From Candidatus Hinthialibacter antarcticus (GTDB lineage Bacteria > Hinthialibacterota > Hinthialibacteria > Hinthialibacterales > Hinthialibacteraceae): a DNA stretch of 64,000 nt. The position numbers and the translations under genes are program-made. Below, one piece after another: positions 1 to 10,465 of the stretch. Below the pieces are notes generated by a model. The model searched no databases. It was given only the letters and a program-made list of their open reading frames with translations, and had not been told where the DNA came from. The stretch covers positions 3,568 through 67,567 of the forward strand of contig JAVCCE010000054.1 in NCBI GenBank assembly GCA_030765645.1. The letters run 5' to 3'. Every line of letters starts with the position of its first letter. The stretch's first letter is position 1.

Positions 1-4
1 CGAA

Positions 5-718
5 GTGGGCAGGGCGGGTGTTATCACTTCCCATGCGTTGGGAAGAAAGGTAATTATATTCAGCCCCTTATTGATGCCGAAAAAAGCCGTCATCGACCCC
101 GAATTGACGGTGAGTTTGCCCCCTCATCTTACCGCTGCGACTGGTATGGATGCATTCACCCACAACTTGGAATCACTCACGTCGCCTGAATTCCATCCCT
201 TATGTGATGCGATTGCGGTGGGGGGCTTGGAATTGTGTATTCGTTTTCTTGAGCGGGCCGTCTGTGATGGAAGCGACCTGGAAGCCAGAGGCAATATGAT
301 GATTGCCGCTATAATGGGGGCTGTGGCGTTTCAAAAAGACTTGGGGGCCGCGCATTCATTAGCGCACCCTCTTTCAACAGAATTTGATGTACATCATGGA
401 TTAGCCAACGCGATTTGTTTGCCTGCAACCATGCGATTCAACCGCGAAGCGGCAACCGCGCATTACGCGCGCGTCGCAAGCCTGTTTGGAAGGCCTGTTC
501 ATGCGATGACCGGGTTAGAGGCGGCGGATGCCGCAGTGGAAGAAGTAGAAGCCCTGATAAAGCGAATAGGGATTACTCAACGGTTACGGGATTTTTCGGT
601 TCCAGAAGAATCTCTTGAGATGCTATCTCATAAAGCGTTTGATGATTCGTGCCACAAGACCAATGCCCGGGCCTGTACTCAACAGGACCTATTACAACTG
701 TATAAGGAAGTTTGGTAA
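5..718 (+). CDS. Iron-containing alcohol dehydrogenase, C-terminal part (5' end outside window)
   Basis: Motifs DPELT, TAATGMDAFTH, GAAHSLAH and HHGLANAI (metal-binding Asp/His set of Fe-ADH family). Confidence 0.9.
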   Translation: MGRAGVITSHALGRKVIIFSPLLMPKKAVIDPELTVSLPPHLTAATGMDAFTHNLESLTSPEFHPLCDAIAVGGLELCIRFLERAVCDGSDLEARGNMMIAAIMGAVAFQKDLGAAHSLAHPLSTEFDVHHGLANAICLPATMRFNREAATAHYARVASLFGRPVHAMTGLEAADAAVEEVEALIKRIGITQRLRDFSVPEESLEMLSHKAFDDSCHKTNARACTQQDLLQLYKEVW

Positions 719-719
719 A

Positions 720-2168
720 ATGAAAACATATCAATTACTCATAAACGGTGAGTGGGTATCAGCCAATTCGGGCAAAACATTCACAACCTATAATCCAACC
801 ATTACCGAACCCATCGCTGAAATCGCCCAAGCGGATGAATCCGATGTCCAAAAAGCCGTTCATGCAGCCCGGCAAGCGTTTGAAGAGGGTAAATGGAGCG
901 GTATGCCAGCGTCTCAGAGAGGGAAGTATTTAAGAAAACTTTCCGAACTGATTTATGAAAACCTTGAAGAAATAGCCCAGCTCGAAACCCAGGATGTCGG
1001 TAAACCCATTCGCGATTCCCGGGATGAAGTCGCAGCGGCTGCCTATTGTTTTGAGTATTACGCAGGAGCCGCCACGCGCTTTTTTGGTGAAACCATTCCC
1101 GTCAGCAAAAGAGGTCTTGATTTTACCTTACGCGAACCGTGCGGCGTTTGTGCGGTTATTGTTCCCTGGAACTTTCCATTCCCAATGGCCGCATGGAAAT
1201 GCGCGCCTGCGTTAGCGTCTGGCAATACGGTCATACTGAAACCGGCAAGTTACACTCCTTTAACTGCCTTGTATTTGGGGAAGCTGGCATTGGAAGCAGG
1301 CATCCCCAAAGGAGTGTTTAACATCATAACCGGGCCAGGAAGCACCGCCGGGGGAGCGTTGGTCGCTCACCCTGAAGTCGACAAGATTTCGTTCACGGGA
1401 GAAACTTCAACCGGAGTCGGAATCATGAAGTCGGCGGCGGATTGCATCAAACGGGTTTCGCTTGAGTTGGGCGGAAAATCTCCCAATGTTGTATTTGCAG
1501 ACGCGGATGTTGAAAAAGCGGCGCGGTCTTCAGTGTTGGCTGTATTTGGAAATTGCGGCCAGGATTGTTGCGCCCGCAGCAGAGCGTTTGTAGAACAAAG
1601 CGTTTATGACCAGTTTGTGGAAGCGTTTATAGATCAAACTCAAAAAACCAAGATCGGCAATCCGATGGATGATCAAACTGAAATCGGTCCTATGGTTTCG
1701 ATGAAGCAAAGAGAGACTGTATGCAATTATATGAAAGCCGGTTTAGATGAAGGCGCTAAACTCGCTTTTGGTGGAGCGCTTTTAGAAGATGGAGAGTATG
1801 CCAAAGGTTCATTCTTGCAGCCAGCCGTTTTCACTGGCGCTTCCAATTCCATGAAAATTGCAAGAGAAGAAATCTTCGGCCCGGTTCTTACCGTAATTCC
1901 TTTTACGGATGAGCATGAAATGGTCCGTCAGGTGAATGACTCGCCTTATGGTTTGTCAGGCTCGGTTTGGACCAATAATATAAGTAAAGCGTTGCGCACC
2001 GTAAAGAAAATCCGATCTGGAGTGCTAAGCATAAACTGCAACAGCAGCGTTCATACCGAAGCTCCATTCGGCGGTTATAAACAAAGCGGTACTGGAAGAG
2101 ACTTGGGAATGTATGGGCTGCAAAACTTTACCGAAGTGAAGAATGTATTCATCGATATTGGAGAGTAA
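720..2168 (+). CDS. NAD(P)-dependent aldehyde dehydrogenase (PuuC/betaine-aldehyde type)
   Basis: PWNFP, KPAS, FTGET, LELGGKSP, catalytic GQDCC, EEIFGPV, PFGGYKQSG; ATG at 720 follows the upstream stop directly. Confidence 0.95.
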   Translation: MKTYQLLINGEWVSANSGKTFTTYNPTITEPIAEIAQADESDVQKAVHAARQAFEEGKWSGMPASQRGKYLRKLSELIYENLEEIAQLETQDVGKPIRDSRDEVAAAAYCFEYYAGAATRFFGETIPVSKRGLDFTLREPCGVCAVIVPWNFPFPMAAWKCAPALASGNTVILKPASYTPLTALYLGKLALEAGIPKGVFNIITGPGSTAGGALVAHPEVDKISFTGETSTGVGIMKSAADCIKRVSLELGGKSPNVVFADADVEKAARSSVLAVFGNCGQDCCARSRAFVEQSVYDQFVEAFIDQTQKTKIGNPMDDQTEIGPMVSMKQRETVCNYMKAGLDEGAKLAFGGALLEDGEYAKGSFLQPAVFTGASNSMKIAREEIFGPVLTVIPFTDEHEMVRQVNDSPYGLSGSVWTNNISKALRTVKKIRSGVLSINCNSSVHTEAPFGGYKQSGTGRDLGMYGLQNFTEVKNVFIDIGE

Positions 2169-2170
2169 GT

Positions 2171-3535
2171 ATGACAAAGTCGTCAAGTCTGAAAGAGATC
2201 AAATCAATCATTCAAAAAAATGATATTGATACGGTTAATGTTGTGATGCCCGACCATTACGGACGCTTGATCGGCAAACGCGTAACCGCCCGTTATTTTA
2301 TAGATCACCTCTTTCATGCGGGGATGCATGCTTGCGAATATCTCTTAACTGTGGATATGGATATGGTCCCATTAAACGGGTTTGACATGACCTCGTGGGA
2401 TGCCGGCTATGGAGATTTTCACGGGGTTGTTGATGAGAATACATTCCGGCTGATCCCTTGGTTGGATGGAACCGCTTTGGTCATGGTGGATTTGGAATGG
2501 GAGAATGGGAGCGAAGTGAAAGAATCGCCCCGCAATATTTTGAGAAATCAAATCAAACGGGCGAACCAAGAAGGAATGTATCCTCTTAGCGCTTCTGAAT
2601 TGGAGTTCTATTTATTCAACGAAACGGTTGGTGAATTGGCGAAGCGGGGTTTCCAAAATCCCACCCCCACTTCAGATTATATTATGGACTATCACATGCT
2701 TGCGACGACCCGCGATGAAGATGTGATTCGCAGTATTCGCAATTTGATGACGGAAGCGGGAATTCCAATTGAATTCAGCAAGGGGGAATGGGGACTTGGA
2801 CAACACGAAATCAACTTGGAATATTCGGATTCGTTAGAAATGGCGGACCGTCATGTGATTTACAAACAAGGCGTCAAAGAAATCGCATGGCAAAAAGGAT
2901 ATTCCGCCTGTTTTATGGCAAAATATGATACGGTGCAAGCCGGGTCCAGTTGCCATATTCATACCAGCATTATGGACAAAGATAAAAAGAAAAACTTGCT
3001 GTGGGACAGCAAAAAGAAAAAAGAATCCAAACTGTTCCGCCAGTTTTTGGGCGGATTGCTGAAATATTCACGCGAACTGTTTTTACTGTATTCATTTACG
3101 GTCAATTCCTATAAACGATATCAAGCCGGGTCATTCGCGCCGACGCGCATTGCTTGTAGTCACGACAACCGCACGACAGGTTTTCGAGTCATCGGGCATG
3201 ATGCTTCATTTCGTATCGAAAACCGTATGCCTGGCGCTGACGCCAATCCGTATTTGGCATTTGCTGCCATTCTGGCTGCCGGACTCGCGGGTATTGATGA
3301 AAAATTAGATTGTGGAGATATGTTTTCTGGTGATGCGTATAAAAGCGAAAAATTACCAAGCGTTCCCGGCACTTTATCAGAAGCAGTCGAATTGTTTGAA
3401 AACAGTGAAATGGCAAAAAAGGCATTTGGTGAAAACATAGTGAAACATTATGCCTTACATGCGAGATATGAATTGAAATCGTGGAACTCCGCCGTGACGG
3501 ATTGGGAGCGGGTTCGCTATTTTGACCGCATATAA
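2171..3535 (+). CDS. Glutamine synthetase-family gamma-glutamyl-amine ligase (GlnA4-like)
   Basis: D-x-x-GRLIGKR, SWDAGYGDF, SELEFYLF, GQHEIN, GSSCHIH, RIENRMPGADANPYLA; in an operon with ALDH and Fe-ADH. Confidence 0.85.
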   Translation: MTKSSSLKEIKSIIQKNDIDTVNVVMPDHYGRLIGKRVTARYFIDHLFHAGMHACEYLLTVDMDMVPLNGFDMTSWDAGYGDFHGVVDENTFRLIPWLDGTALVMVDLEWENGSEVKESPRNILRNQIKRANQEGMYPLSASELEFYLFNETVGELAKRGFQNPTPTSDYIMDYHMLATTRDEDVIRSIRNLMTEAGIPIEFSKGEWGLGQHEINLEYSDSLEMADRHVIYKQGVKEIAWQKGYSACFMAKYDTVQAGSSCHIHTSIMDKDKKKNLLWDSKKKKESKLFRQFLGGLLKYSRELFLLYSFTVNSYKRYQAGSFAPTRIACSHDNRTTGFRVIGHDASFRIENRMPGADANPYLAFAAILAAGLAGIDEKLDCGDMFSGDAYKSEKLPSVPGTLSEAVELFENSEMAKKAFGENIVKHYALHARYELKSWNSAVTDWERVRYFDRI

Positions 3536-3581
3536 CTTCTGTGAGTTTTAGCGGATATGCAAATGATATATAAAAAATAGA

Positions 3582-3603
3582 AGAGGCGGCTTAAGCCGCC
3601 TCT
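3582..3603. terminator. Hairpin between convergent genes, probably a bidirectional terminator
   Basis: Perfect palindrome agaggcggcttaagccgcctct with A-rich 5' flank. Confidence 0.7.
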
Positions 3604-3654
3604 CTGTTGTGAGATAAGCATAGAACACGCAACCGTGTCTCATTCATTGAATGA

Positions 3655-6600
3655 TCAAAATGAATTGATCCGAATCTCAATTTGATTGACCCCCGGATAT
3701 AACCTTACATTTCCAAAAGAAAGATTTACCGTTTCTCCATTCAGGGTTATCACGTCTTCGGGCGACGTGGATAAAGCAAACTCCGCCGCCATATTAGCCG
3801 GGAGTTCAATCCTGTATTTTTGCAAGCGGTTATTCACTCGCTGATATTCGCCTTTGATTTGACCACGCACCGTCGGAAAGACGATTGAACTGTTGGCTAG
3901 GTCTCCCATTTGTGGATGTATGCTCGTGATTTTAAAGCCTGGCGTCTTGGGTTGAATTCCCCAAAGGAAGCGGGGAATGATATTTCCCGGAACGGCGCCC
4001 CAAGCATGGTTCCAATCCGAGTTGGGTTTATATTTCATGTCCCATGCTTCCATGGTAATTGTCGAGCCGACTTTAATCATGTTCCACCAGCTGCGGTCGT
4101 GTTTGGCCCGCATTAAATCGAGCGCATATTTTTCTTCGCCGGCATTGTATAAACCCTCCATCAGATATTGGGCGCCATACACGCTACATGCCATCCCCCG
4201 CGATTTCACAAACGCGGCAACCGGCGCAACATATTTTTCCGGCGTAATACCAAACGCCAATGGCATCATGTTGGCGTGTAATGAAGCGTGTGTTGAACCT
4301 TCGCCATCGACATAGACGCCGCGCGTTGCGTCAAATAATTTTGTATTAATGGCTTGTTTTACTTTCGCCGCCATTGCGTTAAAATGGTCGGCCTCTTCTG
4401 GCTTGTCCAACACGGCGGCGAATTCCGCCATGATGACCATGTTCTGATAAAAGAAACAATTGACCACGGTGTTGATGGGGACCCTATCATAGCCGTCGCG
4501 TTCTCCTGGAGGCCAATCGACAAGATCTTCAAGCGGTCTTGATCCCTCAGGAAAGCCCAGTTTTTTCATATAGGCGTCGGTTACTTTCTCTAATTCTGAA
4601 CTGATCAAACCATCTTCTCTGGCCAGGTCCATCAGTGATTTTTCTTTCAGGCGTTCATAATAGGCGGTCAGCAATTCCGTATCGCCCGTGTAGTAATAAT
4701 CTTGATAGACCAGCATGGCGGTGTGAAGCAGCCACTCGGTGGGCCATGTCGAATGGTCCATAAAATACTCGATGGTCTGCTTGCTGATTGCGTATTCACG
4801 GTCGACGCAATAGTGGCTGAGCAGGTTAATATATGCGTCTCCCTCATAGGGAATCCGCTCGCGATCTCCATCAACGTATAGCCCGGCGAATGACGTCGCC
4901 TTCATGCTGTACTTACAGAGTTCCCAGATTTGGTCCAAGGTGGAATCAGAGCTGGTAAACGAACTCTCATCGTTTTTGAAATAATGGAATAGCGCTTTTT
5001 GCCGGACATCGTCAACCGACAAACCCTGCTTAGCATTTTCAATCTCGCAATAGCGGAAGGGCGTCACCACGCCAAGCGACTCAGGAAGCGCAACGGCGAT
5101 CTGGTTGGTGTTTCGCTTGTCCGGGGGGAGTTGCAACACATAGTGATTTTGTTCAGGGGCAACCTGTAATTCAACTTCTTGATAACGAATGGTCCCGCCT
5201 GGCTTCTGATCTATTTTTCCGTCTTTGAGTTTTTCGCCCAATCGAATGATGAGCGTCTCTGGCTTGTTGGCTTTGTAGTTTAATTCCAACGTCCCGAAAG
5301 CGTCTTTTCCAAAATCAACAAAATAGCCGCCATCGGATGTTTTTTTGAATTCTGTTGGCGGGATATGTTCAATCTGAAAACGATTTTTTGTTGAAACCGT
5401 TTTGCCAAATGTTCCGGTTTTGAATGTTTGCACTTCTGAATAATCGGTTAGCCGATTGTCTTTATCCCAGATACGCACCTTCCAATAATAGGTCGTCTCC
5501 GGCTGTAACGGACCGCCCGCATGTTCAACATTGATGGATTGGCTGCTACGCGCTTGGGCGCTGTTCCAAACATCGCCGATGTTGTGATTGCTTTTTTCAA
5601 GGCTGGATGAGACCAGTATTTGATAGGCTTTCTGCAACACCGCCTGTTTGGGAACAATCCAACTATATTCTGGTAAAGAGTCGGCGATTGCCGCTTGGTC
5701 TGGCTCACGGATAAATTCTACTGTCATGCCTTCTGGAACACCAGCGTCAGCCCCTTTGTGCTGTTCAATCAACTCTTCGCATTGATTTCTCAAAGCGACA
5801 AGCGTGTCATGATATTGGCTATCTCGCGCCAGGTTTTTTGTTTCTTGTGGATCATCAACCAGGTTGTAGAGCGCTTCAATCGACTTGTCATTCACATAGC
5901 GAAAATATTTCCATTGCGCCGTGCGTACGCCTTCGCTGGGTGGAATATTCTCAAATTCCCACAGGTGTTCGACGAGAACCGCGTCGCGTTGCAACGAACT
6001 TTTTTGTCCGGCAACGATTGGAACAAGGCTTTTACCTTGGTAACTCTCGGGGCTTTTGGCCCCGGCATACTCAAGAATGGTCGATGGAATATCGACATTC
6101 AACGCCATCGCTTCGATGTCCTGGTGTTTGTCAACGCGCGGGTCAAAGATGATGAGCGGCACACGGATCGAATTGTCATACATCAACCATTTGCCAGCCA
6201 TTTGGCGTTCGCCAAGAAAATAGCCATTGTCTCCCATGACAATAATTACGGTATTATCATCGACACCTTTTTCTTCGAGTTTCTTTCTGAGTTTCGCGAT
6301 TTCCAGATCAATGCCGCCGATCATACGGTAATAGCCTTTGACGCTGTGCTGGTATTTTTCGGGGGTATCATAACGCCAGCGCCAGCGCGTCCGGTTGAAC
6401 CCTTCACGCACCATAAGCGGTAATTCGTTGAAGTATTCGTCACCCGCCAGATTGGGGCCGGGCATGGTCATGTCCTGGTATAAGTGGTTCGTTTCTTTTT
6501 GCCAGAAATACTGATCGTCGGCATTATCGTGAGCGTGTGGAGCGCTGAAACTTAACGATAGGCAAAAGGGCTGGTCGGCAGGCGATTCGTCAATAAAATC

Positions 6601-7158
6601 AAGCGCCTTTTCACCAGTGTAGCGCGTCAAATGGACCACTTCGCCGTCTAGTTTTTTGTAGAAATAACCGCGCTGGTCAGGGTAGCGGCCATTTCGGTCA
6701 TACGATTCATACACGTCAAAGAGGTTTGCATCATCGTTATAATTCACGCCAAACTTGCCAAAGAAACCCGTGTGGTAACCCGAATCTCTCAGCAATTTCG
6801 GATAAGAGGTCTGCATGTACTCATCTTGGATCGGCCCTGTTTGAAAGGTGTAACGATGACACCGTTCATATAAGCCCGTAAAAAGGCTGGCGCGGCTGGC
6901 GCAGCAAATAGGCGTTGTGACTATCGTGTGTTTGAAAAAAGTACCCTGCCGGGCGAGTTTGTCCATTTCGGGGGTCTGGATAATCGCATTGCCCGCATAA
7001 CCAAGAGCGTCCCAGCGCTGGTCATCAGTAAGAATAAAGATAATGTTGGGTTTCTTCGCAGACGCCGCCGCAAGAGAAGTGGAGCATGTGATGGTGATGA
7101 TAAAAATAACAGCAAAGATATATTGCAAGAAGACAGACTTCGGGTCTGCATTATTCAT
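3655..7158 (-). CDS. Secreted bifunctional sulfatase (S1) / alpha-L-rhamnosidase (GH78)
   Basis: Signal peptide; PNIIFILTDDQR, CCASRAS (CxAxR), GKF, DNG; then an Fn3-like domain, DFGKDAFG, DGDRERIPYEGDA, TMEAW, NHAWG. Start 7158 preferred (ORF open to 7200). Confidence 0.9.
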   Translation of the reverse strand: MNNADPKSVFLQYIFAVIFIITITCSTSLAAASAKKPNIIFILTDDQRWDALGYAGNAIIQTPEMDKLARQGTFFKHTIVTTPICCASRASLFTGLYERCHRYTFQTGPIQDEYMQTSYPKLLRDSGYHTGFFGKFGVNYNDDANLFDVYESYDRNGRYPDQRGYFYKKLDGEVVHLTRYTGEKALDFIDESPADQPFCLSLSFSAPHAHDNADDQYFWQKETNHLYQDMTMPGPNLAGDEYFNELPLMVREGFNRTRWRWRYDTPEKYQHSVKGYYRMIGGIDLEIAKLRKKLEEKGVDDNTVIIVMGDNGYFLGERQMAGKWLMYDNSIRVPLIIFDPRVDKHQDIEAMALNVDIPSTILEYAGAKSPESYQGKSLVPIVAGQKSSLQRDAVLVEHLWEFENIPPSEGVRTAQWKYFRYVNDKSIEALYNLVDDPQETKNLARDSQYHDTLVALRNQCEELIEQHKGADAGVPEGMTVEFIREPDQAAIADSLPEYSWIVPKQAVLQKAYQILVSSSLEKSNHNIGDVWNSAQARSSQSINVEHAGGPLQPETTYYWKVRIWDKDNRLTDYSEVQTFKTGTFGKTVSTKNRFQIEHIPPTEFKKTSDGGYFVDFGKDAFGTLELNYKANKPETLIIRLGEKLKDGKIDQKPGGTIRYQEVELQVAPEQNHYVLQLPPDKRNTNQIAVALPESLGVVTPFRYCEIENAKQGLSVDDVRQKALFHYFKNDESSFTSSDSTLDQIWELCKYSMKATSFAGLYVDGDRERIPYEGDAYINLLSHYCVDREYAISKQTIEYFMDHSTWPTEWLLHTAMLVYQDYYYTGDTELLTAYYERLKEKSLMDLAREDGLISSELEKVTDAYMKKLGFPEGSRPLEDLVDWPPGERDGYDRVPINTVVNCFFYQNMVIMAEFAAVLDKPEEADHFNAMAAKVKQAINTKLFDATRGVYVDGEGSTHASLHANMMPLAFGITPEKYVAPVAAFVKSRGMACSVYGAQYLMEGLYNAGEEKYALDLMRAKHDRSWWNMIKVGSTITMEAWDMKYKPNSDWNHAWGAVPGNIIPRFLWGIQPKTPGFKITSIHPQMGDLANSSIVFPTVRGQIKGEYQRVNNRLQKYRIELPANMAAEFALSTSPEDVITLNGETVNLSFGNVRLYPGVNQIEIRINSF

Positions 7159-7246
7159 ACGTAGCTCTTGTCGGCGTGTAATCATCTGATTTCCCATCAT
7201 ACATAAGAATTAAACTGGCCCAATCGCGATGCTGGGGCGATCAAGA

Positions 7247-7279
7247 AGGCGCACCGCTTTTATGAAACGCGATGCGCCT
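7247..7279. terminator. Imperfect hairpin between the HEAT-protein gene and the sulfatase-GH78 gene
   Basis: aggcgcaccgctttt-atg-aaacgcgatgcgcct; no clear U-tract. Confidence 0.4.
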
Positions 7280-7292
7280 ATTGATTGCATAC

Positions 7293-10200
7293 TTATTTTT
7301 TCTTGGCTGCGGCTAATTTCGCTTTCGCATCATTAAGCAAACCCGAATCCATTGAGGCTTCGATGTATAACTCATGGATCGACCAATAGAGGCCGTCAAC
7401 TTTTCCGGTCTGTATGATTTTGATAAAACGTGCAGTGCGGTTTGGAATGTCTAACGCAACAACCGGCGTTTCACCTTTTCCTTCAACAACAGGGCCAGAC
7501 CACGAAATGCCATCGCTGGATAACAACACTTGATAACCGCGCGGGTAGTCGCCGCCTGAATTTTTAGAATCTAAGACGATTTTTTGGATACTGCGCTGCG
7601 AGCCAATATCAACCTGGAGCCACATGCCCGGCACTTGCGTTGCAGCGGTGTCCCAGCGCGATCCTTCGTTTCCATCAATGGCATTTTTTACGGCGCCATT
7701 GTTGTGTGAGGCGGACAGCTTCCAATCCGACCGATCAAGTTCCGACGCGCTTAGTTTGTTGATTAACGCTTCACAGGCTGAAATCGCCTCGGCTTTCACT
7801 TCTTTATCTGACAAATAAGACTCTATCTGCGTTAACGAATTCATATCGACCGTCTTCGCAAGCGCGCCGATCATCATCTTCTTCTCATTGGCGGTTTTGG
7901 CTTTCGCCTTCGCCTTGCCAAACCAGGGGCTATCCGGCGGCGTTAATCCGAGCGAATGAATAACCGCTTTGAAAGCAAGCCCTCGCTGTTCTTCCTCTTT
8001 GAACTGCGACATGCGGGAGAGTAATAATTCGATAGGCGTATTGTCTTTCCAACTCCCAAGCGCATACAACGCGGCGTTTTGGACAGAGCGGTTTTTGTCT
8101 TGAAGCGAATTCGAGACCAGATTGAACGCCTCCGGCCCGCTATATTCAGTCAAGAGGCGAATGTATGACTGCTTGACTTTTGGCGAGGAGTCGGCGAACA
8201 GTGATGCAATTTTATCGGTCGCCGCGCTCTTGTCAGCCAATTGTGACGATAACGATTTCGCGACTTCTTCTAAGCCTCGGATATCTCCTTCGTCATCTTT
8301 GCCCTGAATTAATTGAAGTACGGTCGGAACATCATTCGCGCCGCCGAGCGTCATCAATGCGTTATAAGCGGCTTGGCGGATACCGGGGCTTTTGTCGCCA
8401 GTCAATTTCACGATTGATGAAAAAGCATCCCGCGCATTGCGGTCGGCCAGCGCGTTAATTGCCGACAAGCGCTTTGCTTCATTGGAGTCGCCAAGAAACG
8501 CAATCAGCGCACCGTTGACGCGGTCGCCTTTGAGTCGCGCCAGACTGTTTTGCGCTGCTTGCCCCAGTTGTCCGCCCTTGAGCGCGAACGTAATCAAAGG
8601 CGCCGCAACACGCGCATTGCCAATCGCCCCCAACGTTTGAACCGCTGCAATTTGGACGGACGCGTTCGAACTCTTCGCCGCATCCAAGACCTCAGCAATT
8701 ACATTCCCGTGGCCGCGCCTTGCGAGCGCATTCAACACCACCACTTGTGATTCTTCGGGCAATTGCTTCAACTCTTGCGCCAATGACTTCGACGCATCCT
8801 CGCCGGGAAGCATCTTTAAAAATGGGCCGCAAGCCGCTTGTTGCAGTTTGGGCTCATTCTCTTTCAGCAATGAAATAACAAGAGGCAGCGATGAATCAGA
8901 ATCAATATTGATCAAGCCGCCGTAGGCCGCAACGCGAACCTGTGCGGGGTATTCTGGAGACGATAGTTGCGTGTAAACATTTTTCGATAATGCGGCTGAT
9001 TTGGTTTGCGCGAGCGAGTCGGCGCATAAAAGCAACGCATCGAGTTTATAGGGTTCGAGATCATCGCTTGCGACGAAGTCGCTCAGTATTTTCAACGCGG
9101 CCTTGCCGCCAATTCGACCGAGCGCCCGGGTGGTCACTTGTTGCAAGTACGGATCATCGCTTTTCAGAAATTTCGCCAGTGATTTCGCCGCTTTTGGATT
9201 GCGGCGTTCTGCGATGGAGCCAATCACGCCAATGAGTTTGTCGCCAGTCAGCGAGTTTAAAGATTTTTTGAATAACGCATCGACTTTTGGAGATTGGATG
9301 CCTTGCAAAGCCAAACGCGCCGGATCATTTAACCGGTCGTCTTGCAAAAACTTCCCTAAGGTTTTAACCGACTTCACTGTGCCGATTCGGCGAAGCATTT
9401 GACAGACAAACGCGCAGCCGTCAAACGTCGCGCCTTCTGCGTTTAAAACAGAGAGCATCTGGGCTTCAATTTCGCGCAACTGTTTCGGCGTCGCGATGCG
9501 AATATTGGCCTCGACGGCTGCGAGCGTTGTTCGGCTTTGCCCATAGGTATAGTTGGCGATTTCATCAATGTTGACCGGTTCCAGCCAAAGGCTAACCCGA
9601 TCTTCCGTTGGGAAATTTTCAGGGATTTTGTTTAAAGTGACTTTGCCCGTCGCGGCCCATTCGGTCCCACGTTGAAGCGTAAACGCAAAACCAATGCAAC
9701 GCATCGCATAAACGTCGTGTCCTAATGCGGTGTGGAAAATTCGCCCTTTGCCATATTCGATGGTGAACAAAAGAGGCTCATTTTCATTGGTGAGTTTTGA
9801 TTTTCCGTAACCCAACAGGTCTTCGATATTGGCGGGGCCGCGCATTTTTGCATAGAGTTCGTCTTTGGCGTGCAACCAAACTTTAGGCAGCCCTTTTGAG
9901 ATCGGGTGTTTCAAATCATGCATAACAACGGGGTAATCGCGCCGTGGGCCATGAGCGCCGCCTCTTCCGGGCGAATGATCCAAGACGATTTTACCATCGC
10001 GGACGCGAACCATCGGGCCAGACTTTTCGTTGCGACCGCCCCAACCGCCCAACGCGATCATTTTGTTGAACTCCAGCCATTCAGGGAACGCATTATCCGC
10101 AGCATGGTACGACACAAGCCCGCCGCCGTTTTTGATGTAGTTCTCAAAATCAGTTTGTGTTTCTTTCGACCACAAGTTGCCGTTGTAATTTGATACGACC

Positions 10201-10448
10201 ACGTCGTATTTAGAAAACTCAGGCCGAAAGTTTTTCAAAGAACTGTCTTGGGGCGGCGACGTGGCAACGTCTACTTCAAACCGTCCACAGTCTTCTAGCA
10301 TATATTTCAAGACGGGAGTGGTCGCCTTCCAGTCATGATTGTTTTGCCCGTCAATAATTAAGGCTTTCAACGGCGCCGCTGAACTGTCAGCAATGAAAGT
10401 CAATCCAACGATAAAAAGCGCGACGAATGTATATCGAAACAAGTTCAT
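7293..10448 (-). CDS. Secreted ThuA-like domain + HEAT repeats + C-terminal F5/8 type C (discoidin/CBM32-like) domain protein
   Basis: ALIIDGQNNHDW...DELY...YGKGRIFHTALGH (ThuA-like); repeated A-x-x-ALG-x-IG helical pairs; NAIDGNEGSRW...WLQVDIG...YQVLLSSDG..W...ARFIKI...WSIHEL. Confidence 0.85.
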   Translation of the reverse strand: MNLFRYTFVALFIVGLTFIADSSAAPLKALIIDGQNNHDWKATTPVLKYMLEDCGRFEVDVATSPPQDSSLKNFRPEFSKYDVVVSNYNGNLWSKETQTDFENYIKNGGGLVSYHAADNAFPEWLEFNKMIALGGWGGRNEKSGPMVRVRDGKIVLDHSPGRGGAHGPRRDYPVVMHDLKHPISKGLPKVWLHAKDELYAKMRGPANIEDLLGYGKSKLTNENEPLLFTIEYGKGRIFHTALGHDVYAMRCIGFAFTLQRGTEWAATGKVTLNKIPENFPTEDRVSLWLEPVNIDEIANYTYGQSRTTLAAVEANIRIATPKQLREIEAQMLSVLNAEGATFDGCAFVCQMLRRIGTVKSVKTLGKFLQDDRLNDPARLALQGIQSPKVDALFKKSLNSLTGDKLIGVIGSIAERRNPKAAKSLAKFLKSDDPYLQQVTTRALGRIGGKAALKILSDFVASDDLEPYKLDALLLCADSLAQTKSAALSKNVYTQLSSPEYPAQVRVAAYGGLINIDSDSSLPLVISLLKENEPKLQQAACGPFLKMLPGEDASKSLAQELKQLPEESQVVVLNALARRGHGNVIAEVLDAAKSSNASVQIAAVQTLGAIGNARVAAPLITFALKGGQLGQAAQNSLARLKGDRVNGALIAFLGDSNEAKRLSAINALADRNARDAFSSIVKLTGDKSPGIRQAAYNALMTLGGANDVPTVLQLIQGKDDEGDIRGLEEVAKSLSSQLADKSAATDKIASLFADSSPKVKQSYIRLLTEYSGPEAFNLVSNSLQDKNRSVQNAALYALGSWKDNTPIELLLSRMSQFKEEEQRGLAFKAVIHSLGLTPPDSPWFGKAKAKAKTANEKKMMIGALAKTVDMNSLTQIESYLSDKEVKAEAISACEALINKLSASELDRSDWKLSASHNNGAVKNAIDGNEGSRWDTAATQVPGMWLQVDIGSQRSIQKIVLDSKNSGGDYPRGYQVLLSSDGISWSGPVVEGKGETPVVALDIPNRTARFIKIIQTGKVDGLYWSIHELYIEASMDSGLLNDAKAKLAAAKKK

Positions 10449-10465
10449 GTTTTTTTCCTTTATAA

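Noticed and set aside
615..719. Long N-terminal extensions in the ORF track (ALDH, czcC, GH31, NifX genes, 60548 sulfatase)
   Set aside because: They overlap neighbours or precede better RBS/ATG and signal peptides; starts were trimmed
5695..6423. 242-aa plus-strand ORF and other antisense ORFs (e.g. 11186-11740, 54630-55256)
   Set aside because: Shadow frames opposite well-supported genes, with no recognisable motifs
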